Shown here one piece after another: positions 26,926-39,590 of a stretch of 64,000 nucleotides of DNA; the stretch's first letter is position 1; every line of letters begins with the position of its first letter. The notes under the pieces were generated by a model. It was not told where the DNA came from. It worked only from the letters and a program-made list of their open reading frames with translations, and did not search any database. The stretch spans positions 70,308,001-70,372,000 of the forward strand of contig NC_043004.1 of assembly GCF_006345805.1 (NCBI RefSeq), in the 5' to 3' direction. The position numbers and the translations under genes were made by a program. The DNA is from Octopus sinensis. Taxonomy: Eukaryota.

Positions 26926-27689
26926 AAAAATTTCCCTGCACTATGGTTTGAAATGTTAGACACCAATCACCTCATTCTAAAGACGGATTTACCTAATGTT
27001 TCTCTGCATATATACTCCTTGGTACATATTCTTGATACCTTGAAAACTACATCTGCCAACATTATTACATAATTCCAAGACCCCAGAAACAGCTGCCAGA
27101 TCTATAATACCAAACCTTTTCCCCTTAATTTTGGATGCCTTTGTACTCTGTGTAAATCTGCTCTGTTAATATATAAATATTTATATATTTATACATGAAT
27201 ATCCATCGTCTGAATATTTTCAGTCTTTGGATCTCTCTATTTACATGTATATATTCTTTTATTCTTTTATTTGGTTCAGTCGTTTGACTGCGTCCATGCT
27301 GGAGCACCACCTTTAGTCGAACAAATCGACCCCAGGACTTATTTTTTGTAAGCCTAGTAGTTATTCTACTACCGAACTGCTGAGTTACGGGGGATGTAAA
27401 CACATCAACATTGATTGCCAAGAGATGGTAGTGGTGGTGGTGGTGGTGGTGGTGGTGGAGAGGGAACAAACACGGACACACAAACACACACACATACATA
27501 TATATATATGACTGACTGCTAACTCCAAATGTTTTTTATTCTCTCTCTGTTTATTTCCTCGTCTCCTTTCTGTTGAAGAGCATAGGCTCAAAACATAAAA
27601 GACTTTCTCACCTTCCCAAGTGTCAAACTAATACACCTGCCTGTTGTTTATACACCTGTCTTTGTCTTTTGTTTTTATATAAATTTCAG

Positions 27690-27740
<51 letters not shown>

Positions 27741-29564
27741 ACAGTCTTCTTTCAGTGTCCATCTACCAAATCCACTGACAAGGCTTTAGTCGGCCCGACA
27801 CTATAATAGAAGACACTTGCCCAAGGTGCCGTGCAGTGGGACTGAACCCGGAACCATGTGGTTGGTAACATATAGTTTATATATCTATCCCAGTTTTATT
27901 TATTTATTTATTTACATTGTGAGATGAAGTGATGAACTGGGACTCACAGAGGGGACGACAAGGGACCAAGACTCTCAACAGTTTGCTTTGCTTGAGAAAA
28001 CATGCCAAGTAAAAACATGGTTGTCCTTGCATACAGGCTTGTCCCCTGCATCCCTCTCTGGCTGAGTATTTCTAATCTTGTGGGCTTGTGGGAGCTGGTG
28101 CCACATAAAAAAGCACCTATGCTGGTGCCATGTAAATGCACCTATGCTGGTACTGGGTAAAAGTGGTTAGTATTAAGAAGGGCATTCAGCCATAGAAACC
28201 CTGCCAAAACAGGCATGGGGCCTGAGCAGCTCTTCAGCCAGCCAGCTCCTATCAAACCGTCCAGCCAATGCTAGCAGGGAAAACAGACGGTAAATGATGT
28301 TCCTGATGATAATGATGATGGTGATGATGATGATGCACACACACTCACACTCACACACATGTTTATCAATTTGTGTGTGTGGCAGGGAAATCTTTGATAT
28401 TTGTATTTTGGGAGCAAAGTTAAACAGGCTTAGATGAACACTGTTGGGTGTCACAAGAACAGTTGATGTGTTGTCTATATGGTGTGCATGTTGTATCTTC
28501 ATGCACAGTGCATGAATCTTTGATCTGTTCCCAAAGTTTGGTCATTCATGCAAAGAAATATACATAAACACACACACACACACAGGTATGTACATATATC
28601 CACAAACACACATACATAATTATTTTGTTTAACACCCATTTTCCAAGGCTAGCATCATTTGGAGGGAAATGATTTTCTGGCAGGATTTTGCAGCCAGATG
28701 TTCTTCATGTTGTCAAACTACATTTATTTTACCATGTAAACATTCTTTTATATTCCACATGTTTTTGAAAGCACAGAGCAACTAGATATAATGTCATTTT
28801 TAAGAGGATAGGGTGTAATTTGAGATCAACTGGGCTGCTAGTACTAGCAGATCGAACAATAATCTTGTTGCTGTCATTTAGCCCCAAGTCAACCATCAAT
28901 GAGTAGATCTCTGATCCAATGCATCTATGAATCATAGATCTATTCAAGCATCTGAGTAGATCTATAATCCAACCATGATCATCCCACCTTCCTTTAGGTA
29001 TATGACTCAAACTACATTACCAAGTGTCCTTTCCTTATTTAAGTTGTTGGATGCAAATAGAAGGAGCTTTAGCTACTATTTCTATTAGGTTTACTGATGA
29101 CACAGACTATCTTATTGACTCATATGTAACAGATTTGAGGTGGATGGTATGTGGGCTTTTAATCAGTGGGGGTTTTAACTTGGACAAATATCTTCATTCC
29201 CTTATCAAATAAATCTCTATATTTCTGCAAGCTATGTCTCCCCTACAAAGGATGAGAATGATGGCTGTTTTATTATGATTGTAGATTGTGGATAAGCAAC
29301 AGGAGAGAAAATAGGGAGAACAGGGGTAGTAAGAGTGAGAAAGAAAGACAGGGGGAGAGAGAGAGAGAGTAAGAAAGGCATGGTGAGGGAGGGGAGTAGA
29401 AGCTTGGGTCCATTAAAAGAACATAAAATATTTCTGGGAAAATAGAGGCCAGTGAATGTATAATAACTAAAGGAAATTACATAGAGAGATGAGAGAAGGG
29501 GTGAGGATGGAGAGGGAGAGAGAGGGTGAGAGGGAGAGAGAGAGAGAGAGCCATAACTGCTTCA

Positions 29565-29611
<47 letters not shown>

Positions 29612-29803
29612 CATGGCTGTGAGATTAAGGATTTTGCTTCATGTCCATCTGATATCACATTCAGTTTCACTGCATGGCATTTTGGGAAAGTATCTTCTAC
29701 TGTAGCCTTGAATGAATCAAAGTGGAATCTATACAGAAGCATGTTCTAAATGTGTGTGTGTGTGTGTGTGTGTGTGTATAGCAACAGTATTAATACTAAA
29801 AGG

Positions 29804-30310
29804 TGTAGTGTGACACAAGAACCCAGTGCCATTTTGTACGAGATCTCGCCGGCAACCATTAACATATCCGAGACAACAGCGAGGTCTCGCCTACAACCAT
29901 TTGCCATGTGCAAGACCCCAGCAAGACTCTGGTTGGCCACGACTATTTAAGCAGGCATACTAAGGCATTCGGTCTCTCTTCTCTTTCTCGCTTATGCTGA
30001 GAAACACTGCAAGCTGGCAGCTCACAGCGGATTCTTATCCTGCTCTAACTTCACCTGTTATCTCCAGAGGTAATGTACTTCACGTGAGGTACATTAATGA
30101 ACCACGCGCTGCCATACAGATGGTCACCGGGAACGAGCCACATGAATGAGAACTAAAGTAAACAACCATTGAATTGCATCCACTTGTAAGCTTCTTCTTC
30201 GAGTTCCAGATCCTTAAGACTACAGAAAATAATTGTAATGGGAGAAGGTGATACTCTACAGGTATCACAAACCTTCGATTACATTATAAAGGTAACACTT
30301 ATCTCCCACA
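29804..30310 (+). mobile_element. probable solo LTR (507 bp)
   Basis: TGTAG...CCACA ends, TATTTAAG box, flanks aaaagg/aaaagc (5/6 TSD match), CpG-richer than surroundings. Confidence 0.5.
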
Positions 30311-30367
30311 AAAAGCAGATGGCACGATAGAACACAGAATAATAATATTTATAAGCTTAAAGCCTAC

Positions 30368-30510
30368 AAGTAATCACTGTGTATTTACTAAAGAGAATAA
30401 TGTAATATGGGGGCATATAAGCCCTCGATGGGAAAAAGTGGGTTTCCATCAAGGGCTTTATATACCCCAATATTACATTATTCCCTTTAGTAAATACACA
30501 GTGATCACTT
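30368..30510. repeat. palindromic MITE-like element
   Basis: ~66-bp arms aagtaatcactgtgtatttactaaag... / ...ctttagtaaatacacagtgatcactt. Confidence 0.8.
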
Positions 30511-32007
30511 ATGTATATATATATATGTATGAATGTGTGCGCATGTGTTATGGCCTACTTGTCTTGACATTGTGTTTTCCATGAAATGTGTGGCTTTGGG
30601 AAAATATCTTACTTGGAAACAAGGAAGGGTTGGCAACAGGAAGAGCATCCAACTGTAAAAAGTTAGCACCAACAAATCTTGTATGACTCATGTGAGCAAG
30701 TATGGAAAAGTGGACACAAAATGGCAATGATTCTGATACACACATGTGAATGTGTCTGCATCCACGTCTGGTTTATGTTTGTTTTATGTCTTGTGACTTA
30801 GCAGCTCAACAAATAGAGAGGATAGTGTCAGTAGCAAACTTAAAAAAAAAAAAACATAAAGACTGGGTCTATATGATTGAATAACTCCTGGTGTCCCAAC
30901 ATGGTCAAAGCAGATTGAATGACACAATTAAAAGGGTAAGGAATAAAGAATACTGGCACTCCATCGGTTATGATGACAACAATGACGAGGGTTCCAGTTG
31001 ATCTGATTAACGGAACAGCCTGTTCATAAAATTAATGTGCCTGTGGCTGAGCGCTCCACAGACACATATACCCTCAATGTTGTTCTCAGGGAGATTCAGC
31101 ATGACACAGAATGTGACAAAGCTGACCCTTTGAATTACAAGTAAAACTCACTTTTGCCGGCTGAGTGGACTGGAGCAACGTGAAATAAAGTGTCTTGCTC
31201 AAGGACACAATGTGTCGCTGGGAGCTGAACTCATGACCTTACATCTCTTCTTGTCTTGAGACAGCATTCACCCGGGGTGGGTTGAGCTGGCTTCATTCAA
31301 CCTCAATGCTGCATCTCTCACAAACGCCAACCAGGCCTGGCGATTTGAGGCTAACGACCACGTGATCTCCAACCACTCCTTCTTCCAGCGGTGAATGATG
31401 AGCTGAATGCTCTAACCACTAAGCCACGTGCCTTCATGGAAGAATAAAGAATAAAGAGAAATGAGTAAAGATAAGTTGAAATGAAAAGACCACAAATCTT
31501 GTTATCACAGCTACCCAGGGTTTTCTGGTCAAAATAATGAATTCCTTCATTTATCAAGTGGAAAACAAGACTGTTCCCCAATCATGAAATTCATTGGAGG
31601 TTCCCAAGATTTTTAATAGATACAGTTTTTTCATAGAACACACTGAACCTTTTCTATATCCGTTAATAAAGGATTCGGATTTAGAGAGGATTTTCCATTT
31701 GATGCTGAAATATATTCTTTTATTCTTTTACTTGTTTCAATCGTTTGACCATGCCTAGGCGGCAGCACCGCTCTCGAAGATGTTAGTCAAACAATTCAAT
31801 CCCAGGTGTTATTTCTTAAGCCTAGAACTTATTCTATTACTCACTTTGGCTGAACCGCTAAGTTACAGGGATCTAAATACACCTACAATGGTTGTCAAAT
31901 AGTGAGGTGGGACAAACATAGACACAAAGACACATACACATATATACATATATATATGCATATATCATATGTGTGTGTGTATATATATACATATACATAT
32001 ATACATA

Positions 32008-32305
32008 TGTGGAGGCGCAATGGCCTAGTGGTTAGGGCAGCGGACTCGCAGTCGCAGGATCGCGGTTTCGTTTCCCAGATCGGGCGTTGTGTGTGTTTAT
32101 TGAGCGAAAACACCTAAAAGCACCGTGAGGCTCCGGCAGGGGGTGGTGATCCCTGCTGTACTCTTTCACCACTCTTTCTTCTGTTGGCCTGCTCGCTTAG
32201 CCATCGGGGTGGTGTCATTCGAAGGCTAAAACAATGCGAACGCATTGTGACCAGCGATGTGTAACAACATCTGATGGTCTGGTCGGTCACGTGATCACGT
32301 GATAT
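32008..32305 (+). mobile_element. tRNA-derived SINE, full length
   Basis: A-box ggcctagtgg and B-box-like ggtttcgtttccc head; ends cacgtgatcacgtgat before (TA)n. Confidence 0.8.
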
Positions 32306-32353
<48 letters not shown>

Positions 32354-32355
32354 CC

Positions 32356-32945
32356 CGTGGCCTTCTACATGGGATGGAGCCAGCCTACGTATGCATACCT
32401 TCCCTTCTTGGGACACAAAACTCTACTTGTGAAGACGTGTTGAGGCAAGTGAGGATCAGAATCGAAATCGATCAATGGAAATTGCGGATGTGCTACCAGT
32501 GCCGGTGGCATGTCGAAACTCTGCTTGTGAAGACCCATTGAGGCAAGTGAGGATCAGAATCGAAATCGATCAATGGAAATTGCAGATGTGTTACCAGTGC
32601 CGGTGGCATGTAAGAGAACTTTCCGTTTCGCGACCGTTGCCAGCACCGCCCCGTTTCGTGTCCGTTGCCAGCCTCGCCTGGCCCTCGTGCCGGTGGCACA
32701 TAAAAAGCACCATCCGTTCGTGGCCGTTTGCCAGCTCTGTCTGGCACCAGTGCGGGTGGCACGTAAAAAGCACCCACTACACTCACGGAGTGGTTGGCGT
32801 TAGGAAGGGCATCCAGCCGTAGAAACACTGCCAGATTTGACTGGGCCTGATGAAGCCTTCTGGCTTCACAGACCCCAGTAGAACCGTCCAACCCATGCTA
32901 GCATGGAAAACGGACGCTAAATGATGATGATGATGATGATGATAT
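32356..32945 (+). mobile_element. long family B copy with an internal 98-bp duplication
   Basis: aactct.cttgtgaagac at 32419 and 32517; hairpin modules; (GAT)n tail. Confidence 0.75.
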
Positions 32946-33336
32946 ATATATGACATGTTTCTTTCGTATTCTGTCTACCAAATCCACTCACAAGGCTTTG
33001 GTTGGCCTGAAGCTATAGAAGACACTTCGAAAATTTTATCCTATATTAGATATATATATATACAATGGGCTTCTTTCAGTTTTCGTCTACAAAATCCACT
33101 CACAAGTATTTGGTCAGCCCAAGGTTATAGAAGACACTTGCCCAACATGTCACTCAATGAGTGGCATGTTGAACCCAGGACAATGTGGTTCAGAAGCAAG
33201 CTTCTTACCACACAGCCACACCTGTGTCTATATAATATGTGTGTGTGGTGTGTGTGTGTGTGTGCGAGAGTGAGTGCGGTTGTGTGAGTGTGTGTGTATA
33301 CATATATATTTATATATATGTGGTTGTGTGTGTATA

Positions 33337-33383
<47 letters not shown>

Positions 33384-34173
33384 ACACACACACACAACAC
33401 ACACACACACACACACGCATAGAGGGAGAGAGAGAAAGAGAAGGAGGGAAAGTGGTATGAAGGTGGCTGTGGAGGGGAAATAGCAGTGTCAATTTAGTGG
33501 TCAGTGATGTAGAACTAAAGTAAGAAAGTATTGGAATGTAGTATCTCAAGGGAGGGGGATGAAGAAGGCAGGAAACTGACAGATGAGGCCTTTAATGATG
33601 GGTAAAAGGTTGGGGTTAAGAACATAGTGCTGGACAGTGGGGCAGAAGTTTGTGCACGTCAAAAGGGGAGGGCAGGATGACACAGAACTAAAACAAACAA
33701 AATATGTAAAATGGTGGGCGATGGGGAAAGGGTCTGAATAATATCCATGATGATGAGGATGATGATGATGATGATAATGATGTTGGCAGTGGTAATGATG
33801 TTGACAATCATGATGACGATGCCGATGATGATTATAATGATGGTGATGTTGGCAATAGTTTTGATAATGATGGTGGTGATAAAATAATATTAATGATGAT
33901 TTCTTGTTTGTCAGCAGCAGCAGCAGTGGTGGTGGTGGTGGCGGTGGTAACTGCGGTGGATTCAGATTCTGACACAAGGTCAGCATTTCTAGGGAGAGTG
34001 GGTCAGATGATTATATTGACCCACTGCTTACTTGATACTTGATTTACTGACTCTGAAAGGATGAAAAGCAAAGTTGATCTCAACAACATTTGAACTCAAA
34101 ACATAAAGAGCAGGAAAAAATATCACTAAGCAAACTGTTTGGTATGGTAATGATTCTGTTGGTTTGTGGCTTC

Positions 34174-34210
<37 letters not shown>

Positions 34211-34602
34211 GAGCATGTCCCTTAGTGGCTGACGATATGTGCATCTCTGATCACGAGCAGAAGTAGTGGGGGAGCATCATAGCCGTGTGTTGAGAGGAAT
34301 TCTTTGGGGTTTGAATAATTCACCGCTGGAAACATGGGTGGTTCTTTCAACATCCTTAAACAACCCATATTCAGGGACTTTTTGAGCGGGATGGGCTACT
34401 CAACCTGAAGAAAATTCTAACTGGGCCCCACCTGCAAGGTCATGTGCTGTTTATCTTGATATGAGATCACCATGTCGCGCACATATGGTTGTGATGCATG
34501 TGCCTGGTGTACCCTTATCACACGGGTAGTCATGATGGGTATATTGGGCTTCGTATATTATACCCCAGTGTCACTTTGATGGCATGAACTGCTCTCTCAC
34601 AC
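34211..34602 (+). mobile_element. (AAT)n-flanked retroelement-like repeat, 5'-truncated copy
   Basis: Homologous to the 3' part of 34673-35183; (AAT)n on both sides. Confidence 0.7.
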
Positions 34603-34651
<49 letters not shown>

Positions 34652-34672
34652 TAATAATAATAATAATAATAA

Positions 34673-35183
34673 TGTCTTGATGCAGTACCAGGCAGAGACT
34701 CTCATGGCTTCTGATCTTAACTGATTGGAAGTGTTATGTACATTGTTTTGTCTTGGTATAAAAGATGGGCTACACCAAATATTCCACTCAAAACCACAGA
34801 TTTGTTTGTCAGTTGTTTCACCTTAATCAGTTGAGCATGTCCCTTAGTGGCTGACGATATGTGCATCTCTGACTATGAGCAGAAGTAGTGGGGGAGCATC
34901 ATAGCCATGTGTTGAGAGGGATTCTTTGGAGTTTGGACAATTCACCTTTGGAAACAACTCTTTTGAGCAGGATGGGCTATTTAACCTGAAGAAAATTCTA
35001 ACTGGGCCCCACCTGCAAGGTTATGCACTGTTTATCTTGATATAAAATCACCATGTTGCACACATATGGTTGTGATGCATGTGCCTGGTGTACCCTTATC
35101 AGACGAGTAGTCATGATGGGTATACTGAGCTTCGTATATTTTACCCCAGTGTTACTTTGATGGCATGCTCTGCTCTCTCACTC
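34673..35183 (+). mobile_element. (AAT)n-flanked retroelement-like repeat, longer copy
   Basis: Same 3' end gctctctcac.caataat as the preceding copy. Confidence 0.7.
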
Positions 35184-35202
35184 AATAATAATAATAATAA
35201 TG

Positions 35203-35251
<49 letters not shown>

Positions 35252-35252
<1 letters not shown>

Positions 35253-35374
35253 TTTCAATATACTTTCAATACAGTAACCATAAGAGCATCACAGCAAACC
35301 ACAGCACACATCCAAGGCACACAGAGCTGCACTCAATAGTGAAGTGAAAGCACGCTATAAAAATAAAACTACTG
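35252..35374 (+). mobile_element. LINE 3' end in (AAT)n (Dong/R4-like by inference)
   Basis: Possible ORF end LSIQ* followed by a 3'UTR and (AAT)n. Confidence 0.4.
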
Positions 35375-37003
35375 AATAATAATAATAACAATAATAATAA
35401 TAATAATGATTCAATTACATCAATCCAGTGTTTAACTAGTACTTATTTTATTGACCCTGAAAGTATGAAAGACAAAGCAAACCTAAGCAGGATTTGAACT
35501 CAGAATATAAAGACAGATGAAATGCCATTAAGCCCTTTCTACCAGAGGCACAAAGCCTGATAATTGGGAGGAATATGTAAGTTGATTACATCAGCCCCAG
35601 TGCTTGAATGGTATTTATTTTATCAATCCTGAAAAGAGGAAATGCAGAGTTGTCTTGGTGGAATTTGAACTCAGAACGTGAAACCAGAAGAAGATAATAA
35701 CAATGATGATGATGATGATGTTGAGGAGGAGGAGGATGACTGGTGGTGGTGGTGGTGGTGGTGGTAGTGACAATGATGATGATGGTGAGGAGAATGAGGA
35801 ACACAATGGCAGCATTGACGCCAATGCTGATGTTAATGATGATGACGATGATGATATCGACGATAATGATGATGGTGATTATGGCTGGTAGTGGTGGCGA
35901 TGATAGTGGTAGTGATGATGAAGATGGTGGTGATGATGAAGATGGCGGTGATGATGAAGATGGCGGTGATGATGATAGTAGTGACATCGATGATAATGAC
36001 AGTGATGGTGATGACAGCAATGGTAATGATAATGACAGCAAATCAACCCTGACAGATGACTGGTACTAAATCTACTGAAGAGAGTAAAAAGAGCAAGAGA
36101 TAAATGACACACAGTCAACATCGCTGGAACTGGAAGTTAGAACGTAAAAGAAACAGATCTAAATATTGATTATTTTTTTGTTACAATGGTACGGATGGCA
36201 TAATGGCACAGATTTCTCAGCAATAGGTACACACAGTCAATTGAATCGACCCAGATACTTGCCTGCATCTTATTTTATTGATTTTGGGAAAAGATGAAAG
36301 GCAAAGTCCACTCCACCACTGTTTGAACCCAGAACATGAAGGAATGAAGCTAAATATTTTTGCCATTCATGCAAAAAGGAATCTTTAGTCTGCTGATCAC
36401 AGTGAGTTTCACTTTCACTTGCAGCCTTGTCAGGTCAAAACAATGCATTATGGGAACAGTGGTAATGTAAGTGATACTACTGCTGCTGCTGTTGTTGTTG
36501 TTAAGCCCCGGGTCAGCTCTGATTGAGTGTGACCATCCTGTTTTTTCCTTATAAATAGGGGTTAAGTCAGGGCCATGTTATCTGACGTCCTCTTTTCTAA
36601 TGACACTAATGTGTAATTTGAGAGAGATTTGGGCTGCTATTTCTAGCATGTTGAAAGACGACACAGAAGCCCATCATTTTAGTTCATGATGTAGAACTGT
36701 AAGTCCAATAGTGTAGCATAATGTAGTAATGTCATACAATTGTGGGGTAGTGGTACTGTCGGAGTACGGTGCAATGGTTTGGAGGGAGGAGTGTGGCGAT
36801 GCAGTAGTGATGCTGGAGTATGATACAGTAGGAGAATGATGGTGGTGGTGGTGGTGGTGGTGGTGGTGGTGGTGGTGGCAGTGGTATTGCAGTGTGATGC
36901 AGTAGGAGAGTAGAAATGCTGCTAAACAGAGCAGCGTTGATGTGTTGTAATGTGAGCACATAACCTATATATATATATATATATATATATTTTATATATA
37001 GAG

Positions 37004-37034
<31 letters not shown>

Positions 37035-37142
37035 TATATCTTTATGTATACATATATCTTCATGTAGATATAAATATCTAAATATATATATATATGTATA
37101 TAGTATATATATTTACATATAGATATAGATATGTATGTATAT

Positions 37143-37173
<31 letters not shown>

Positions 37174-37181
37174 GTATTATA

Positions 37182-37231
<50 letters not shown>

Positions 37232-38456
37232 TATTTTTATATTATATATATGTATATATATATATACATATTTATGTGTATATATACATACATATGTGTA
37301 TATATATATATGTACATGTATGCATGTATCACCATCATACACGTACGGATGTATGTATGTATATATACACATGTACAGATTTACAGTAATATTATATCGC
37401 TGTCTTGTGGAAGAAGGATGATATGTCTAATACGTAAAAGTGCTTGGTAGAATGGAGTCCACGACTAAATAGGTCTGCTACTACTACTACTACTACTACT
37501 ACTGTTACTATTATTATTACTATTATCGCTACTATTACAACTGCTACTAGTGTTGCTGTTACTGCTACTTTTGCTCTGTGTATGACATAGAAGGAAGTGG
37601 AGGCAGAGAGAGAGAGAGAGAGAGAAGAAGAAGAAGAAGAGGGATGTTTGGAATATAGAGAGACAGAGTGAGTGAAGAAGGTAATATGAGAAAAGGAAGA
37701 AATAGAGAGACAGAAATAGAGAGATTAGGGGAGAGGGAGAAGGAAGGGAGCAAAAAAGTAAGGAAAATGAGGGATATGGAAAAAAATATGACATATATTA
37801 GGGTGGGGTGGGAGGGGAGGGGAGGGTTTTATGGGGTGGGGGTGAATTTCTGGTGGGGAAAGAAACAGGAATCGAACAGTAAAATAATGATAGAACAATG
37901 ACCATAGGAACAAAAGAGAAAGGGTGGGGTAGGTGGGTGGTGGCGGTGATGGAATGAAATATAAAGCCGGGAGGGGGGATGAAACAGGAGGCGGGGGGGG
38001 GAATGCATTAAAAGAGAAAGGGAGAAGAATGAAATGAGGAAAGGAGAGAAGGGAATGAGAAAGGGAGAAAGGTGGGGTGGGGTAGAAAGGCAAAAGGGTT
38101 GAATGAATGAGAAAATGAAAGAATGAAACAAAAACAGATTAAAAAAATGTAATAAGTGAATATATATAAAAATGTAAATAGAATGACAGCAAGTTTTAGT
38201 GATAGTACAGTACTAATTAAATGGAATTGAAGTGTGAGTGTTAGTGGTAGTAGGTGTTAATAGTACCTACTTAAATGGAATAGAAGTGTATGTTAGTGAT
38301 GGCATGTGGCTAATAGTAAACTCTATTTAAATAGAATGAAAGTGTTTGTTAGTATATATATATATATATATATATATGTGTATATGTATGTGTATGTATA
38401 TGTCTGTATGAGTTGGAGGTTAAGCAACCATCTAAGGGATAATAAATATCCAATAT

Positions 38457-38875
38457 TGTTGTTGGCATCCTTTTTGTCTCGGGATACAATGGAGTTGCGC
38501 ATAAAGTAGTCTAGTCCGGCTTTTACATTTCATACTCTACGGAGAGCTTGCTAGGGGTACTAGGTCTGTGGGTAGACCGATCTTACGTTACAAGGATGTT
38601 TGCAAAAGGGACATGAAGGCCTGCAACATCAATATTAGCGGTTGGGAGGCAGTTGCCGGCAACCGTGGAGAATGGCGACGTACCGTAAAAGAGGGAATAC
38701 AAAGAAGCGACAGAGGGAGAGAGGAGAAATGGAAAGAAAGGAAGAGACGTCAACAAGAGACTATGGCACGACAACCAGCCAGGAACAGTCTTCGCTACAT
38801 TTGCGGTACCTGCCAGAGGGAGTGTTTGTCCAGGATAGGACTACACAGCCACAGCAGGAAATGTATCAGGACATG
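38457..38875 (-). mobile_element. RTE-clade LINE, 5'-truncated with an inverted 5' segment; 13-bp TSD
   Basis: TSD aaatatccaatat at 38444-38456 and 38876-38888; ORF end LYGELARGTRSVGRPILRYKDVCKRDM...C..C...SRIGLHSHSRKC on +; 3'UTR and (CAA)n tail on -. Confidence 0.9.
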
Positions 38876-39017
38876 AAATATCCAATATACTGCTGGTATT
38901 TATTATATCCAAGTGCTTACTATTGCAGGGCGGTATTGCAATTCAATACTAGGTATGAGGTGGGTAAAACAGGAATTTACCCAGGATTTTCTTATTTGCC
39001 TTATATATATATATATA

Positions 39018-39165
39018 TAATTTATTTTATAGAAGGAGCTTCTACAGGACTAGAACTGTTTCATTCAAATGAAATCATCAGGAAGGCTTCATCAGTGCTT
39101 CCTGATGATTTCATTTGAATGAAACAGTTCTAGTCCTGTAGAAGCTCCTTCTATAAAATAAATTA
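39018..39165. repeat. perfect inverted repeat, 68-bp arms, 12-nt loop
   Basis: 39018-39085 is the exact reverse complement of 39098-39165. Confidence 0.97.
39097..39145 (+). ncRNA. type I hammerhead ribozyme motif
   Basis: GCUUC-CUGAUGA-(U UUCA UU UGAA U)-GAA-ACAG/UUCUAGUC/CUGU-A-GAAGC: helix I 5 bp, full conserved core, helix III 4 bp, GUA cleavage triplet; helix II is closed by a non-canonical U-U pair. Confidence 0.7.
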
Positions 39166-39228
39166 ATTTACTCTGCTATGTATTGAGTACCTTATTTACT
39201 GTGGTTAACCCCGACTCAACCCAGGACC

Positions 39229-39272
<44 letters not shown>

Positions 39273-39590
39273 AGGTATTAGTATCTAGAAGGCCCAAAGA
39301 GTGGCAGGTAATGCTAAGTAAGTAAGGAAAACCCTTTCAAATGAGCAACACAGAATCCAAAACTACATGAACTACTACTGGAACTTTACATACCATGTAC
39401 AGGAAACATTTTTACCACTTCTATACACTAATCTCATTGAATAATGGAACTGCAACTACAATATCTTTATATATTTTATAGGTTATTTCTACTTTCATTC
39501 TCTTATTTCCCTCTATATTCTCTATCTCTTCCTTTTCCATAATAAGTCCTTATTTCAAACTCAAATATTTACCTCTGTGGGCACGTAACA

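Noticed and set aside
32008-32080. tRNA gene
   Set aside because: The tRNA-like head continues into a SINE body and there is no complete cloverleaf. The same applies to the other SINE heads.
34673-34745. HDV-like ribozyme at the 5' end of the AAT-flanked element
   Set aside because: A 9-bp stem exists, but P1/P3/L3 topology could not be built.
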